Assembly (NCBI GenBank): GCA_051890455.1
Contig: JBJFEE010000024.1
Location: 6,341-70,340 of the forward strand
Direction of reading: 5' to 3'
Source of the DNA: Muribaculaceae bacterium
Lineage (GTDB): Bacteria > Bacteroidota > Bacteroidia > Bacteroidales > Muribaculaceae
DNA: 64,000 nucleotides
In this document: piece after piece, positions 49,929 through 62,122 of the stretch
Layout: each line of letters opens with the position of its first letter
Position numbering within the stretch: the stretch's first letter is position 1
The notes under the pieces: generated by a model
What the model was told of the DNA's origin: nothing
Seen by the model: only the letters and a program-made list of their open reading frames with translations
The model's database searches: none
Program-made: the position numbers and the translations under genes

Positions 49929-50531
49929 TCAGTTGAGGACGCGGCGGGCGCCGATGAAGCGGCGGCTGTAGTAGCCTCCGTCGGGGTAGCAGTCGTGACG
50001 GATGCCGCCGGTAGTGGATGCGTGGATGAAGTTTACGGTGCCGTTCTCGTCTACGGAAGTGGCGATGGCGACGTGGCCGACGGTCTTGCCGCCTTTGCGG
50101 CCGGCGAAGAAGAGGAGGTCGCCGGGACGGATGTCGTCACGGCTGACGCTGACGCCCTGTCCGTACTGGGCCCGCGACGAGTGCGAGAGGTCGATGTCGA
50201 AGTTGCGGAAGACGAAGCTGGTGAAGCCGGAGCAGTCGAACGAGCTCGGACCTCCCGAACCGCGGCGGTAAGGACGGCCGAGGAATTTGCTGGCGTAGTC
50301 GATGACGTCGTCGGCGGCGACAGCAGGAGCGGAGGCCTCGGCCTCCATACCTTCGACGGGTTCGTCCAGCTTCAGGAAGACGTTGGTGGGGTCGTCGATT
50401 TCGGAGACGAGACTGGAAATGTTGTCGGTGTTGTTTGTATCATTGCCGGCAACAGTCTCAATGGCCTTCGCTTTCATGGGAACGAGCGAGGCTGAAAGAA
50501 GTACTAATGCCGAAAGAATGGTAGATTTCAC
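49929..50531 (-). CDS. NlpC/P60 (C40) cell wall peptidase
   Basis: Signal peptide; FDCSGF, PGDLLFF, GHVAI, FIHAS. Confidence 0.93.
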   Translation of the reverse strand: MKSTILSALVLLSASLVPMKAKAIETVAGNDTNNTDNISSLVSEIDDPTNVFLKLDEPVEGMEAEASAPAVAADDVIDYASKFLGRPYRRGSGGPSSFDCSGFTSFVFRNFDIDLSHSSRAQYGQGVSVSRDDIRPGDLLFFAGRKGGKTVGHVAIATSVDENGTVNFIHASTTGGIRHDCYPDGGYYSRRFIGARRVLN

Positions 50532-50726
50532 TGTAATGTCGGTTTAAGGTGCTGTAATTTCTCACTCTGCGAATGACAGCGGTGAGTCAGCAAAATGTGT
50601 TTCATAGGCAAATATCTTGCCTTTGTTGTTGCAAATTTACAAAATATTACCCCGGTATGCAAAGATGTTAAATTAACTTATTCAAAATTCACATACTTTA
50701 TAATTTAGCCCGAATTTTGCCTTTAG

Positions 50727-52916
<2,190 letters not shown>

Positions 52917-52941
52917 GACATCTCCCACACCGGACATAAAC

Positions 52942-52984
52942 CGGGCCGGCGCTCCGAAACGGAGGCGCCGGCCCGATTTTTTTT
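52942..52984 (+). terminator. Intrinsic terminator between GH97 and dnaG
   Basis: CGGGCCGGCGC...GCGCCGGCCCG followed by a T8 run. Confidence 0.85.
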
Positions 52985-53030
52985 ATGTGATTTATGTGGA
53001 GGATGTGTTTGTGTGTTCAATTATTTTGGC

Positions 53031-55295
53031 TTAGGGATGGCCGGGGGTGATGATGCGGTCGCCGAGGACGTGGGCGAAGGAGCCTTTGAGGACGTTCAGG
53101 CGGGCGATTTCGGCGAGGATGGGAGCGATGTCGCCGCCGGTCTCGGTGGCTGTGCGCAGGCGTTCGCGGGCGTCGGCGAGGTTGCAGCTGAGGATGGCGT
53201 TCTTGAGTTCGGAGAGGGTGCGGGGGATGAGCTCGACGAGACGGTCCTCCTCGGTCTCTATCTTCTGGAATTTGGTGTAGACCTTAGACAGTGTGTATTT
53301 GTCATCGGCGAGCTCGGTGGCCAGCGTGCGCAGTTCCGTGTCGGGGTCGGAGCATAGGATACGCTCGGCGTAGTGGCGGGCGTATTGCATCTGTGCCTGC
53401 TGCTGGTCGGCATCGAGCTGTTCGTTGAGGGTTTTCTCGCGCTTCTCCATCTCGGCGATGCTCTTTCCGTCGGCGCGGATGGCGTCGATGCCCTCGGTCA
53501 GGCGGTGCTGACGCTCTACGGCCAGCCGGTCGCATTCGGCGGCGAAGTCCTGCGCCCACGATGTTGAGGCAATCTCGCACATCCGCGTCCAAAGTCTGAG
53601 GTAGACGGGAGAGGAGAACTCTATTTCGTCGCTACGCAGCTGCATGTCGATGTATTCGAGCACCGACAACGGCACGGTATCCCCCTCCTCGGTTATGCGG
53701 TCGCATAGGTACATCAGCCCGTAACGGAGGACATAGCGCAACAGCTCCTTCTCGAAGGTGGCGAGGTAGTTCTGCCGTTTTGTGCGGTGCGTGGAGCCTG
53801 CCGCCTGCTGGCCCGAGACTGCGCGGCGCAGAGCCTCGTCGGGCTGTACGGGCGGCTCGTCGGCTTGTGTGGCTGCCTCGCCCTCGGCTTCCTGAGTGCC
53901 CTCTGCCGGAGTTTCCGAGCCTCCGATTGGATGGTCAAGGGTGTGGGCGGCGGCACGGCGCTGACGCTCTTTCTCGCGCTCCTCCTCGTTGCGGGCCATG
54001 AATACCGCTAACTGCTGCGAGAGCACCTTGTCGCTGAGGTCGAAATCGCGTGCACACATATTTATATATTCCATCCGCGTGATGGGCTCCGGGATGACCG
54101 AAATCGACCTGACGATGTCGGCGATGGCGCGTGCTCGCTGCAGCGGGTCGCCCGAGGCGTCCTTGAGGAGGATGGAGCTCTTGAACTTGATGAAGTCCGT
54201 CTCGTGCGTGTCCAGATATTGCTTCAGTTCCTCGTTGCTGTGATTCTGGGCGAACGAGTCCGGGTCATCGCCGTCGGGGAAAAGGAGCACCTTGACGTTG
54301 AGGCCGGCCCCTAAAAGCATGTCGACGCCGCGGAGGGCGGCCTTGATGCCGGCGCTGTCCGAGTCGTAGATGACGGTGACGTTCTTGGTGAAGCGGCGCA
54401 GCAGGATAACCTGCTCGTCGGTGAGCGAGGTGCCAGACGAGGCCACGACATTCTCCACGCCGCTCTGGTGCATGGAGATGACGTCCATATAACCCTCGAC
54501 AAGGATTACCTTGTCGTTGCGGGTGATGGCCTGGCGCGCCTGATAGAGGCCGTACAGCTCGCGCTTCTTGCTGTATACCGACGACTCGGGCGAGTTGACG
54601 TACTTGGCCATCTTCTTGTCTGTGCGTAACGTGCGTCCGCCAAAGGCGACAACCTGGCCGCTGAGGCCGTGGACGGGATAGATGACGCGGGCACGGAAGC
54701 GGTCGTAGATGCCGTGCTGACCGTTCATGCACAGACCGGTCTTGACAAGATTTTCCTCCGTGTACCCTTTTGCCGTCGCGGCCTTGTAGAGGGCCGTGCT
54801 GTCCTCGGGGCTGAAGCCGAGGTGGAACTTGCGTATCGACGCGTCGCTGATGCCGCGCTCGCGGAAGTAGGCCAGGCCGACGTCGCGTCCCTCGTCACTC
54901 TCCTGCATGTAGTTCTCGAAGAAGTGCATGGCAAAGTCGTTGACGGCTAACAGCGACTCGCGCTCGGCGGCGTCGGCGCGCTCCTTGTCCGTCTCCTCGC
55001 GCTCCTTGATTTCTATACCGTATTTCTTGCCCAGCCAGCGCAGGGCCTCGCCGTACGACATACCCTCCAGCTCCATCAGGAAGTTGACGGGGGAGCCGCC
55101 CTTGCCGCAGCTGAAACATTTGCAGATGTTGCGCGACGGCGACACCGAGAACGACGGCGTGCGCTCGTTGTGGAAGGGGCAGAGGCCTATGTAGCCTGTG
55201 CCGCGCCTTTTCAGCGTGACAAAATCGCTGACGACCTCGACGATATTCGCCGAGTCGAGGATGCGCTGCACGGTCTCATGTTCAATCTTTGCCAT
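53031..55295 (-). CDS. dnaG: DNA primase
   Basis: CPFH...CFSC zinc finger, FGGR, KYVNSPE, VEGYMD, YDSDSAG TOPRIM. Confidence 0.96.
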   Translation of the reverse strand: MAKIEHETVQRILDSANIVEVVSDFVTLKRRGTGYIGLCPFHNERTPSFSVSPSRNICKCFSCGKGGSPVNFLMELEGMSYGEALRWLGKKYGIEIKEREETDKERADAAERESLLAVNDFAMHFFENYMQESDEGRDVGLAYFRERGISDASIRKFHLGFSPEDSTALYKAATAKGYTEENLVKTGLCMNGQHGIYDRFRARVIYPVHGLSGQVVAFGGRTLRTDKKMAKYVNSPESSVYSKKRELYGLYQARQAITRNDKVILVEGYMDVISMHQSGVENVVASSGTSLTDEQVILLRRFTKNVTVIYDSDSAGIKAALRGVDMLLGAGLNVKVLLFPDGDDPDSFAQNHSNEELKQYLDTHETDFIKFKSSILLKDASGDPLQRARAIADIVRSISVIPEPITRMEYINMCARDFDLSDKVLSQQLAVFMARNEEEREKERQRRAAAHTLDHPIGGSETPAEGTQEAEGEAATQADEPPVQPDEALRRAVSGQQAAGSTHRTKRQNYLATFEKELLRYVLRYGLMYLCDRITEEGDTVPLSVLEYIDMQLRSDEIEFSSPVYLRLWTRMCEIASTSWAQDFAAECDRLAVERQHRLTEGIDAIRADGKSIAEMEKREKTLNEQLDADQQQAQMQYARHYAERILCSDPDTELRTLATELADDKYTLSKVYTKFQKIETEEDRLVELIPRTLSELKNAILSCNLADARERLRTATETGGDIAPILAEIARLNVLKGSFAHVLGDRIITPGHP

Positions 55296-55393
55296 AGGTT
55301 GTGCAAAGATAAGAAAAAAATTGCTACCTTTACGTCAGAAAAACCAATTAACGCGTATTGACCAAAGTATCACACAAATAAAATTTGCATAAC

Positions 55394-57220
55394 ATGAAAT
55401 TCAGGAAACTGGCGGCCGCGGCCCTGGCGCTGAGCCTGTGCGCGGCGGCCCAGGCACAGCGTATCGCCTTGCTCAGCGACGTCCACGTCACTCCCGGAAA
55501 CGCCAACGACAAGGCTCTGCGCGTCGCCGTGCGCGAAATCAACAACGGCGACTTTGACTTCGTAGTCGTCAACGGCGACCTCACCAACGAGGGCAGCGAC
55601 AGCGAAATCGCCAACATCAAGGAAATTCTGGACGGCATCACACTGCCGCTGTATGTCCTCCCCGGCAACCACGAGAACAACTGGAGCCAGTCGGCCACCA
55701 AAACTTTTGTCAACACTTTCGGCGGCGACCGATTCGTAACCACCGTCGACTCGCTGGTGATTGTCGGCATCAACTGCGGCCCGTACATGAAGATGGGCGA
55801 CGGACACATCAAACAGGAGGATCTGCACTGGCTGCGCAAGACTCTTGACGAAAAAGTCAAACCCGGTTACAAGGTGCTGTCGTTCAACCACTATCCCATC
55901 CAGGCTGACATCGACAACTGGCGCGACTATGCCTCGCTGTTGCTCGAATATCCCGTCATCGCCCACATCAACGGCCACTACCACACCTGGCGCACCTACG
56001 ACATCGACGGTATCCCCGGCGGCATGACCCGCGCCCTTGACATGCGCGACGGCAAGCCAGGCTACGCCATCGTTGAGGTCGGTCCCGAGTGGATTCACTT
56101 CTACAACAAGAACGTCGGCGAGCCCGCAAAGGCCAAATATGCCTTTGCCGTCAACACAAAGCACAAACCGCTCCCCGCTGACAAGTCCGGTGAGTGGACC
56201 TCGCCCGAGGGCTGGGAGGTGACGAAGGTCTGGGCCGACTCGGCTTCGGTATTTACCCGCCTCGGCTTTGACAAGGACAACGTCTACTTCGGCAACTCGC
56301 TCGGCCAGGCCCGCGCCGTGGGCAAGGCCGACGGAAAGCTGCGCTGGAGCATCCCCACCGGCGCCTCGCTGTTTTCGCGTCCCGTGGTCACCGCTCCCGG
56401 CACCATTGCCGTTCCCACCGCAACCGGCATAATGATGGTCAACGCAAACGGCAAGGTTGCCAAAACGCTGAAATCGAAGGAGGGTCCGTACGTCGCCGAC
56501 GGTCTGCTCACCGCCGACGGCAAGGCCTACATCCAGGGCGGCTACAAGCGCCTGGAACGCCGCAATCCGCGCAACGGCAAGCTGGTATGGAGCTATGACT
56601 CACTCTTCAACTACTGCCAGGCCGCTCCCGTTGTCGACGGTGACGATGTCATCTTCGGTGCCTGGGACACCAACCTGCGCTGCGTCTCGCTCAAGGATGG
56701 CCATCTGAAATGGGTATGGAACAACGGCAAGACGGCCAATATGCTCGGCCCGGGCAATGTCGTCCCCGTAGTCACCGACGACAAAGTGATTATCGTCGCT
56801 CCCGACCGCTATATGACCGCCATCGACCGCCGCACCGGGCGTCAGATTTGGCGCGACAAGAGCCACCGCTACCGCGAGGCCCTCGGCGTCAGCGAGGACG
56901 GTAAGCGCGCATACTCCAAGACCATGGACGGCGAGCTCGTGGCAGTCTCCACCGCCGGCGACACCTTCAAAGAACTGTGGACCGTCGATATGGGTCTCGG
57001 CTATGAGCACGCCCCCTGCATCGTTGTCGAAAAAGACGGCGTAGTCTACGCCGGCAGCCGCCGCGGCATCGTCACCGCCGTCGACCCGCAGACCCGCAAA
57101 GTCCTGTGGAGCCTCCCCGTCGGAGTCAGCGAAATCAACGGCATCGACCTCGACCCCACCGGCGGCGACCTCTACGTCTCCCTCATCGAAGGCACCATCT
57201 TCCGCATCCACAAAAAGTAA
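55394..57220 (+). CDS. Exported metallophosphoesterase with PQQ-like beta-propeller
   Basis: DVH, GDLT, GNHE, GHYH motifs; repeated G...W PQQ-like blades. Confidence 0.88.
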   Translation: MKFRKLAAAALALSLCAAAQAQRIALLSDVHVTPGNANDKALRVAVREINNGDFDFVVVNGDLTNEGSDSEIANIKEILDGITLPLYVLPGNHENNWSQSATKTFVNTFGGDRFVTTVDSLVIVGINCGPYMKMGDGHIKQEDLHWLRKTLDEKVKPGYKVLSFNHYPIQADIDNWRDYASLLLEYPVIAHINGHYHTWRTYDIDGIPGGMTRALDMRDGKPGYAIVEVGPEWIHFYNKNVGEPAKAKYAFAVNTKHKPLPADKSGEWTSPEGWEVTKVWADSASVFTRLGFDKDNVYFGNSLGQARAVGKADGKLRWSIPTGASLFSRPVVTAPGTIAVPTATGIMMVNANGKVAKTLKSKEGPYVADGLLTADGKAYIQGGYKRLERRNPRNGKLVWSYDSLFNYCQAAPVVDGDDVIFGAWDTNLRCVSLKDGHLKWVWNNGKTANMLGPGNVVPVVTDDKVIIVAPDRYMTAIDRRTGRQIWRDKSHRYREALGVSEDGKRAYSKTMDGELVAVSTAGDTFKELWTVDMGLGYEHAPCIVVEKDGVVYAGSRRGIVTAVDPQTRKVLWSLPVGVSEINGIDLDPTGGDLYVSLIEGTIFRIHKK

Positions 57221-57485
57221 GACCCTATCCATGGCAAAACTACGCGGCCACAGCATAATTGATGTTGTGGCCGTGTTTGTATTTAGATTTGTGCGCGGAT
57301 GTTGACCTTAACACCTCGTGACGGGCTTAGGGTACACAATAATTTGTATATAAGCGAAATTTTTGCTAACTTCGCGGTCGCAAACGGGTGCGGGCTGTTT
57401 GGGCTGCACTGCGGATTGCGGAAGGAGGCCGTGTGCAAGCGGCTGACTGACAAATCGAAACTAATTAAACTATAACACAAGAGAT

Positions 57486-58052
57486 ATGATTAACGCTCAG
57501 GACATCAAAATCGGAACCTGCATCCGTATGGACAACAGCCTGTACTTCTGCATCGACTTCCTGCATGTAAAACCCGGTAAGGGCAACACTTTCATGCGCA
57601 CCAAACTGAAGAACGTGGTTGACGGCCGCGTACTCGAGCGCCGCTTCAACATCGGCGAGAAACTTGAGGACGTATCCGTGGAGCGCCGTCCCTATCAGTT
57701 CCTCTACAACGATGGTCAGGACGACATCTTCATGAACAACGAAACCTTCGAGCAGGTGCCCATCAACAAGGAGATGGTTACCGGCGCCGATTTCATGAAA
57801 GAAGGTGACACCGTCGAGGTAGTCAGCGACGCATCGACCAACACCATCCTCTTTGCCGAAATGCCCACCAAGGTTGTCCTCAAGGTGACCTACACCGAGC
57901 CAGGCATCAAGGGCGACACCGCCACCAACACCCTCAAGCCCGCCACTCTCGAGACCGGCGCCGAGGTTCGTGTGCCCCTCTTCGTCAACGAAGGCGACTC
58001 TGTCGAAATCGACACCCGCGACGGCAGCTACGTCAAGCGCATTACAGCCTGA
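57486..58052 (+). CDS. efp: Elongation factor P
   Basis: HVKPGKG, PGIKGDT, VPLFV, IDTR. Confidence 0.97.
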   Translation: MINAQDIKIGTCIRMDNSLYFCIDFLHVKPGKGNTFMRTKLKNVVDGRVLERRFNIGEKLEDVSVERRPYQFLYNDGQDDIFMNNETFEQVPINKEMVTGADFMKEGDTVEVVSDASTNTILFAEMPTKVVLKVTYTEPGIKGDTATNTLKPATLETGAEVRVPLFVNEGDSVEIDTRDGSYVKRITA

Positions 58053-58087
58053 GACAATTCTCGGACAATTTGAAGCAGTGCCAATAA

Positions 58088-58163
58088 TGTAGGGACATCG
58101 CTTTGCAATGTCGGTTCGGTCAAACGGCTGACAGGTTCAATGTGCCAAAGGCACGTCCCTACA
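58088..58163. repeat. REPIN family B copy 4
   Basis: TGTAGGGACATCGCTTTGCAATGT...TGTGCCAAAGGCACGTCCCTACA, between the efp stop and its terminator. Confidence 0.82.
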
Positions 58164-58186
58164 TTAGAAAAAATTTGACATGCCAC

Positions 58187-58230
58187 ACAACAGGCCGACG
58201 CATAACCTATTGCGTCGGCCTGTTGTTTTT
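58187..58230 (+). terminator. Intrinsic terminator of efp
   Basis: ACAACAGGCCGACGCA/TGCGTCGGCCTGTTGT followed by TTTT. Confidence 0.8.
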
Positions 58231-58258
58231 CTCGTAAATTTGTGTACCTTTGTGCATC

Positions 58259-59230
58259 ATGAAAGCAAAAATCATCATCACATTTGCGGCTGCCGCTATG
58301 GCGGCGTCGGCGATGGCGCAGACTGTAGGGTCGGAGTACCGTCTAAAAACCGTCATCCCCGTGGCCGGACGCCAGGGCATAGCCATCGACAGCAACTACT
58401 ATTACGTTTCGGACACGCGCGCCCTCTACAAATACGACAAGCAGGGCAACCTTGTACAGAAGAACGACGCGCCCTTCCGGCATCCCGAGATTGCCAATCA
58501 TTTCGGCGACATCGACGTCTTCGACGGAGAGATATACTGCGGCATCGAGCGCTTCGAGTATGGCCGCGGCTACAATATCGCCGTGTCGGTCTATGATGCC
58601 GGCACGCTGGAGTGGAAACGCGACTTCCCGTGGGCTCCCGAGAGCGGCCAGGTCGAGGTTTCGGGTATCGCCGTCGACCGCGACAAGCGCATGGTGTGGA
58701 TGTCTGATTGGGTTGACAGCCGCTACGCCTACTGCTACGACCTCGACACGGGCCGTTACCGCACAAAGATGCAGTGCGTGCCCACGCCCTACTGGTGTCA
58801 GGGAATTTTCATCGCCGACGGCAAAATTCTTTTTTCTGCCGATGACGGTGAGGCCGCCTACAATCTGCCCGACAATATTTACGTCGCTGAGATAGGGGAG
58901 GTGCCTTACACCGGACTTGTCGAAGGAGAGGAGGTTGTCAAGGATACGCCCTTCAGCGTCAAAATCGGCGGGGACGGCAAGCCCGTCACCCGCAAGGGCC
59001 TCGTCGCCGGAGGCGCCCAGCGCGGCGACGTCAGGCCGCTGAGGACCATGACCGACTTCCGTCGTGCCGGCGAAATCGAAGGCCTCGCCATCGACCCCGC
59101 CAACGATGACCTTGTCGTGCTAAACAACCGCGGCACCACAATCGTTTTAGGCATGAGCCAGGGTCCGATTACCGAAGAGGGCTACACCGGCGAGGTGCAT
59201 GAACTGTATGTTTACGAGCTTTTAAAATAA
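58259..59230 (+). CDS. Secreted hypothetical protein (possible beta-propeller)
   Basis: Signal peptide (AMA-Q); repeated QGIA/SGIA/QGIF/EGLA strand starts. Confidence 0.78.
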   Translation: MKAKIIITFAAAAMAASAMAQTVGSEYRLKTVIPVAGRQGIAIDSNYYYVSDTRALYKYDKQGNLVQKNDAPFRHPEIANHFGDIDVFDGEIYCGIERFEYGRGYNIAVSVYDAGTLEWKRDFPWAPESGQVEVSGIAVDRDKRMVWMSDWVDSRYAYCYDLDTGRYRTKMQCVPTPYWCQGIFIADGKILFSADDGEAAYNLPDNIYVAEIGEVPYTGLVEGEEVVKDTPFSVKIGGDGKPVTRKGLVAGGAQRGDVRPLRTMTDFRRAGEIEGLAIDPANDDLVVLNNRGTTIVLGMSQGPITEEGYTGEVHELYVYELLK

Positions 59231-59253
59231 AAATCTATTTCAAGGTACAATCT

Positions 59254-60186
59254 ATGACTGACATACGCAGAAATCTTATTGACCTTATCGGCGACACGCC
59301 TCTTGTCGAGGCTGTCGGGACTGAAAAGAAAAATGGCCTTAAAGCGCGTCTGCTGCTCAAACTGGAGAGTTGCAATCCGGGCGGAAGCAGCAAGGACCGC
59401 GTGGCTCTGTCGATGATTGAGGACGCCGAGAAACGCGGTCTCCTCAAGACCGGCGCTACCATCATCGAGCCTACCAGCGGCAACACCGGCATCGGCCTGG
59501 CGTTGGTGGCCCGTCTGCGCGGCTACAAGTGCGTTCTGATTATGCCCGATACCATGAGCGTCGAGCGCCGCAACCTCCTCAAAGCCTTCGGCGCCGAGCT
59601 TGTCCTCACTCCCGGCAGCCAGGGCATGAAGGGCGCCATCGCCAAGGCCGAAGAACTGCACAAGGAAATTCCCGGTTCGTTCATCCCCGGCCAGTTTGAC
59701 AATCCCGCCAATCCTGCCGCTCACGAGCGCACGACGGCGATGGAGATATGGCGCGACACCGACGGTGCCGTCGACATACTCGTAGCCGGAGTCGGCACGG
59801 GCGGAACTCTCTGCGGCACCTCGCGCCGTCTCAAGAGCCTGAAACCTGAAGTGCGCGCCGTGGCCGTCGAGCCCGCCGAGTCGCCCGTTCTCAGCGGAGG
59901 CAAGGCCGGAGCGCACAAGATTCAGGGCATAGGCGCCGGATTCGTCCCCGGCAACTACAATCCGTCTGTAGTGGACGAGGTGATGACAATCACGGGTGAC
60001 GAGGCCTTCGAGGCTGCACGCAACCTTGCCCGCGACGAGTCAATACTCGCCGGCATCTCGTCAGGTGCCGCCCTCGCCGCCGCCCTTAAACTCGCGAAAG
60101 ATCCCGAAAATGAGGGCAAGACCATCGTCTGCGTGCTCCCCGACACGGGTCAGCGCTATCTCTCAACAAACCTCTTTGTGCAATGA
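59254..60186 (+). CDS. cysK: Cysteine synthase A
   Basis: NPGGSSKDR PLP lysine, EPTSGNTG, GVGTGGT, HKIQGIGAG. Confidence 0.96.
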   Translation: MTDIRRNLIDLIGDTPLVEAVGTEKKNGLKARLLLKLESCNPGGSSKDRVALSMIEDAEKRGLLKTGATIIEPTSGNTGIGLALVARLRGYKCVLIMPDTMSVERRNLLKAFGAELVLTPGSQGMKGAIAKAEELHKEIPGSFIPGQFDNPANPAAHERTTAMEIWRDTDGAVDILVAGVGTGGTLCGTSRRLKSLKPEVRAVAVEPAESPVLSGGKAGAHKIQGIGAGFVPGNYNPSVVDEVMTITGDEAFEAARNLARDESILAGISSGAALAAALKLAKDPENEGKTIVCVLPDTGQRYLSTNLFVQ

Positions 60187-61061
60187 CCACCGACAACGAC
60201 AAAATAGTGGAGCAGCTGTGCCATCAGCCCGACGGCACGGCGTCGATACTGAAGCGCACCAAGGGCCGTCTGCCGTCGGGGCAACGTCTCAAGGAAATCA
60301 TGCAGCTTATCCGCGAGGTGATGTTCCCGGATTTTTTCGCCGAGGTAGCTCCCTCGCCCAATGTCCTGCGCCACGTCACCGCCGTGCGCCTCGAGGACAT
60401 CCGTACCGAGCTGGCGGCACAGATACGGCGCGCCGCACGCATCGGCGAAAAGCCCGACATCGACAGCGACGCCGTTGCCGAGGCGTTCATCGCTCATCTT
60501 CCCGAGCTGCGCAGCCTTCTCCTTACCGACGTCGATGCAATGTTCGATAACGACCCCGCTGCCATAGACCGCGCCGAGATTATCTTCTGCTATCCGGCCT
60601 TTACGGGCATGCTGCATTACCGCATCGCCCACGCCCTGCTGACGGCGGGAGTGCCCCTGCTGCCGCGCATGATTACCGAGATGGCACATTCGCGCACCGG
60701 CATAGACATCCATCCCGGCGCTGTCATCGGCCCGTATTTCAGCATCGACCACGGCACCGGTGTCGTTATTGGAGAAACAAGCCGCATAGGGTGTCATGTA
60801 TCGATATACCAGGGCGTTACCTTGGGCGCCAAGAACTTTGTCCTCGACAGCAACGGGCACCCGCTAAACGTGCCGCGTCACCCCATCATCGAGGACCATG
60901 TCACCATTTATTCCAACGCTACCATCCTCGGCCGCATCACCATCGGTAGCCACGCCGTCATCGGAGGCAACCTGTGGGTGACCTCCAACGTGCCCGCCTA
61001 TGCCCGCCTAAACCAGCGCCAGGTTGTGGACCAAAGGTTTATCGACGGCGCCGGCATATAA
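60183..61061 (+). CDS. cysE: Serine O-acetyltransferase
   Basis: DPAA, TGIDIHPGA, IDHGTG, QGVTLG, RHP; ATGA overlap with cysK. Confidence 0.92.
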   Translation: MTTDNDKIVEQLCHQPDGTASILKRTKGRLPSGQRLKEIMQLIREVMFPDFFAEVAPSPNVLRHVTAVRLEDIRTELAAQIRRAARIGEKPDIDSDAVAEAFIAHLPELRSLLLTDVDAMFDNDPAAIDRAEIIFCYPAFTGMLHYRIAHALLTAGVPLLPRMITEMAHSRTGIDIHPGAVIGPYFSIDHGTGVVIGETSRIGCHVSIYQGVTLGAKNFVLDSNGHPLNVPRHPIIEDHVTIYSNATILGRITIGSHAVIGGNLWVTSNVPAYARLNQRQVVDQRFIDGAGI

Positions 61062-61119
61062 AGTTGGGCACTGTGATAATGGCTTCCACAATCTTTTTTT
61101 AACTTGTAACCAAATAATT

Positions 61120-61809
61120 ATGACTCTCCTCGAAGCTATTCCCCTGCGCCACTCGGTGCGCAAATACCTTGACAAGACGCTGCCTGCCGAGATTGTTAAA
61201 CGGTTACGCGATGAAATTGACAAAGTCAATAAAGAAGGCGGTTTGCATATCCAGCTTGTGACAGACGAGCCAAAGGCCTTTGCGGGCATATTGTCGTATG
61301 GCAAGTTCTCCGGCGTCAAAAACTACTTCGTTATCACCGGGCCCAAGTCGGACACCCTCGACCGCACAGCCGGATACTACGGTGAGCACATAGTTCTGTT
61401 TGCCCAGACTCTCGGCCTCAACACCTGCTGGGTCGGCCTCACCTATCGCAAGATTGCCGGGACGTACGAGCTTAATCCCGGTGACAAAATCGTCTGCTAC
61501 ATTGCCCTTGGCTACGGCGAGACGCAGGGCAATCCGCACAAGACAAAGACCGTCGAGCAACTCGGCAATGTCGGCCCCGATACCCCCGCGTGGTTCCGCG
61601 ACGGCGTAGAGGCCGCCCGTCTGGCTCCCACCGCCATCAACCAGCAGAAGTTCCATTTCACCTACGTAGCCCCGAGTACTCCCGGAGAAAAAGCGAAAGT
61701 CATCGCTACCCCCGGCCGCTCTCTTGCCGGTTACACCCGGACCGACCTCGGCATCGCCTGCTGTAATTTCGAGCTCGCCGCCGGAAAAGAGAATTTCGAG
61801 TGGGGGTAA
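61120..61809 (+). CDS. Nitroreductase family protein
   Basis: RHSVRKY, LGLNTCW, APTAINQQ, DLGIA. Confidence 0.85.
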   Translation: MTLLEAIPLRHSVRKYLDKTLPAEIVKRLRDEIDKVNKEGGLHIQLVTDEPKAFAGILSYGKFSGVKNYFVITGPKSDTLDRTAGYYGEHIVLFAQTLGLNTCWVGLTYRKIAGTYELNPGDKIVCYIALGYGETQGNPHKTKTVEQLGNVGPDTPAWFRDGVEAARLAPTAINQQKFHFTYVAPSTPGEKAKVIATPGRSLAGYTRTDLGIACCNFELAAGKENFEWG

Positions 61810-61932
61810 ATGTATTTGTATGCTTTTGCCTTGTTAAATAGCAGATTGGACTTATAAACATAAAGCAAAGCGTTAAGCATCGGATAAAGTATTACTTTAA
61901 TCGCTTAAATCGAGCTTCACATAATATCCTGT

Positions 61933-62013
61933 TGTAGGGATGCACCCTGGCGCATCCGCATAAAATTCATTGAGTTCCAATGTTTTGCGGATGCACCAGG
62001 GTGCATCCCTACA
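61933..62013. repeat. REPIN family C copy 4
   Basis: TGTAGGGATGCACCCTGGCGCATCCGCA...TGCGGATGCACCAGGGTGCATCCCTACA. Confidence 0.87.
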
Positions 62014-62122
62014 AACTAATACTGAATTTGGATAATTTCTTTTTCATTTGTGCGCATTTTTCATCGCGCGGGCGCGATAATATTGGTGGAAAATCTGTAC
62101 CTTTGTCTATTGATAAACTGCA

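Noticed and set aside
57375-57450. GC-rich stretch with CGGAAGGAGG upstream of efp, resembling SRP RNA
   Set aside because: Lacks the CAGG...GGAA...AGCAG domain IV pattern; only weak pairing is visible.
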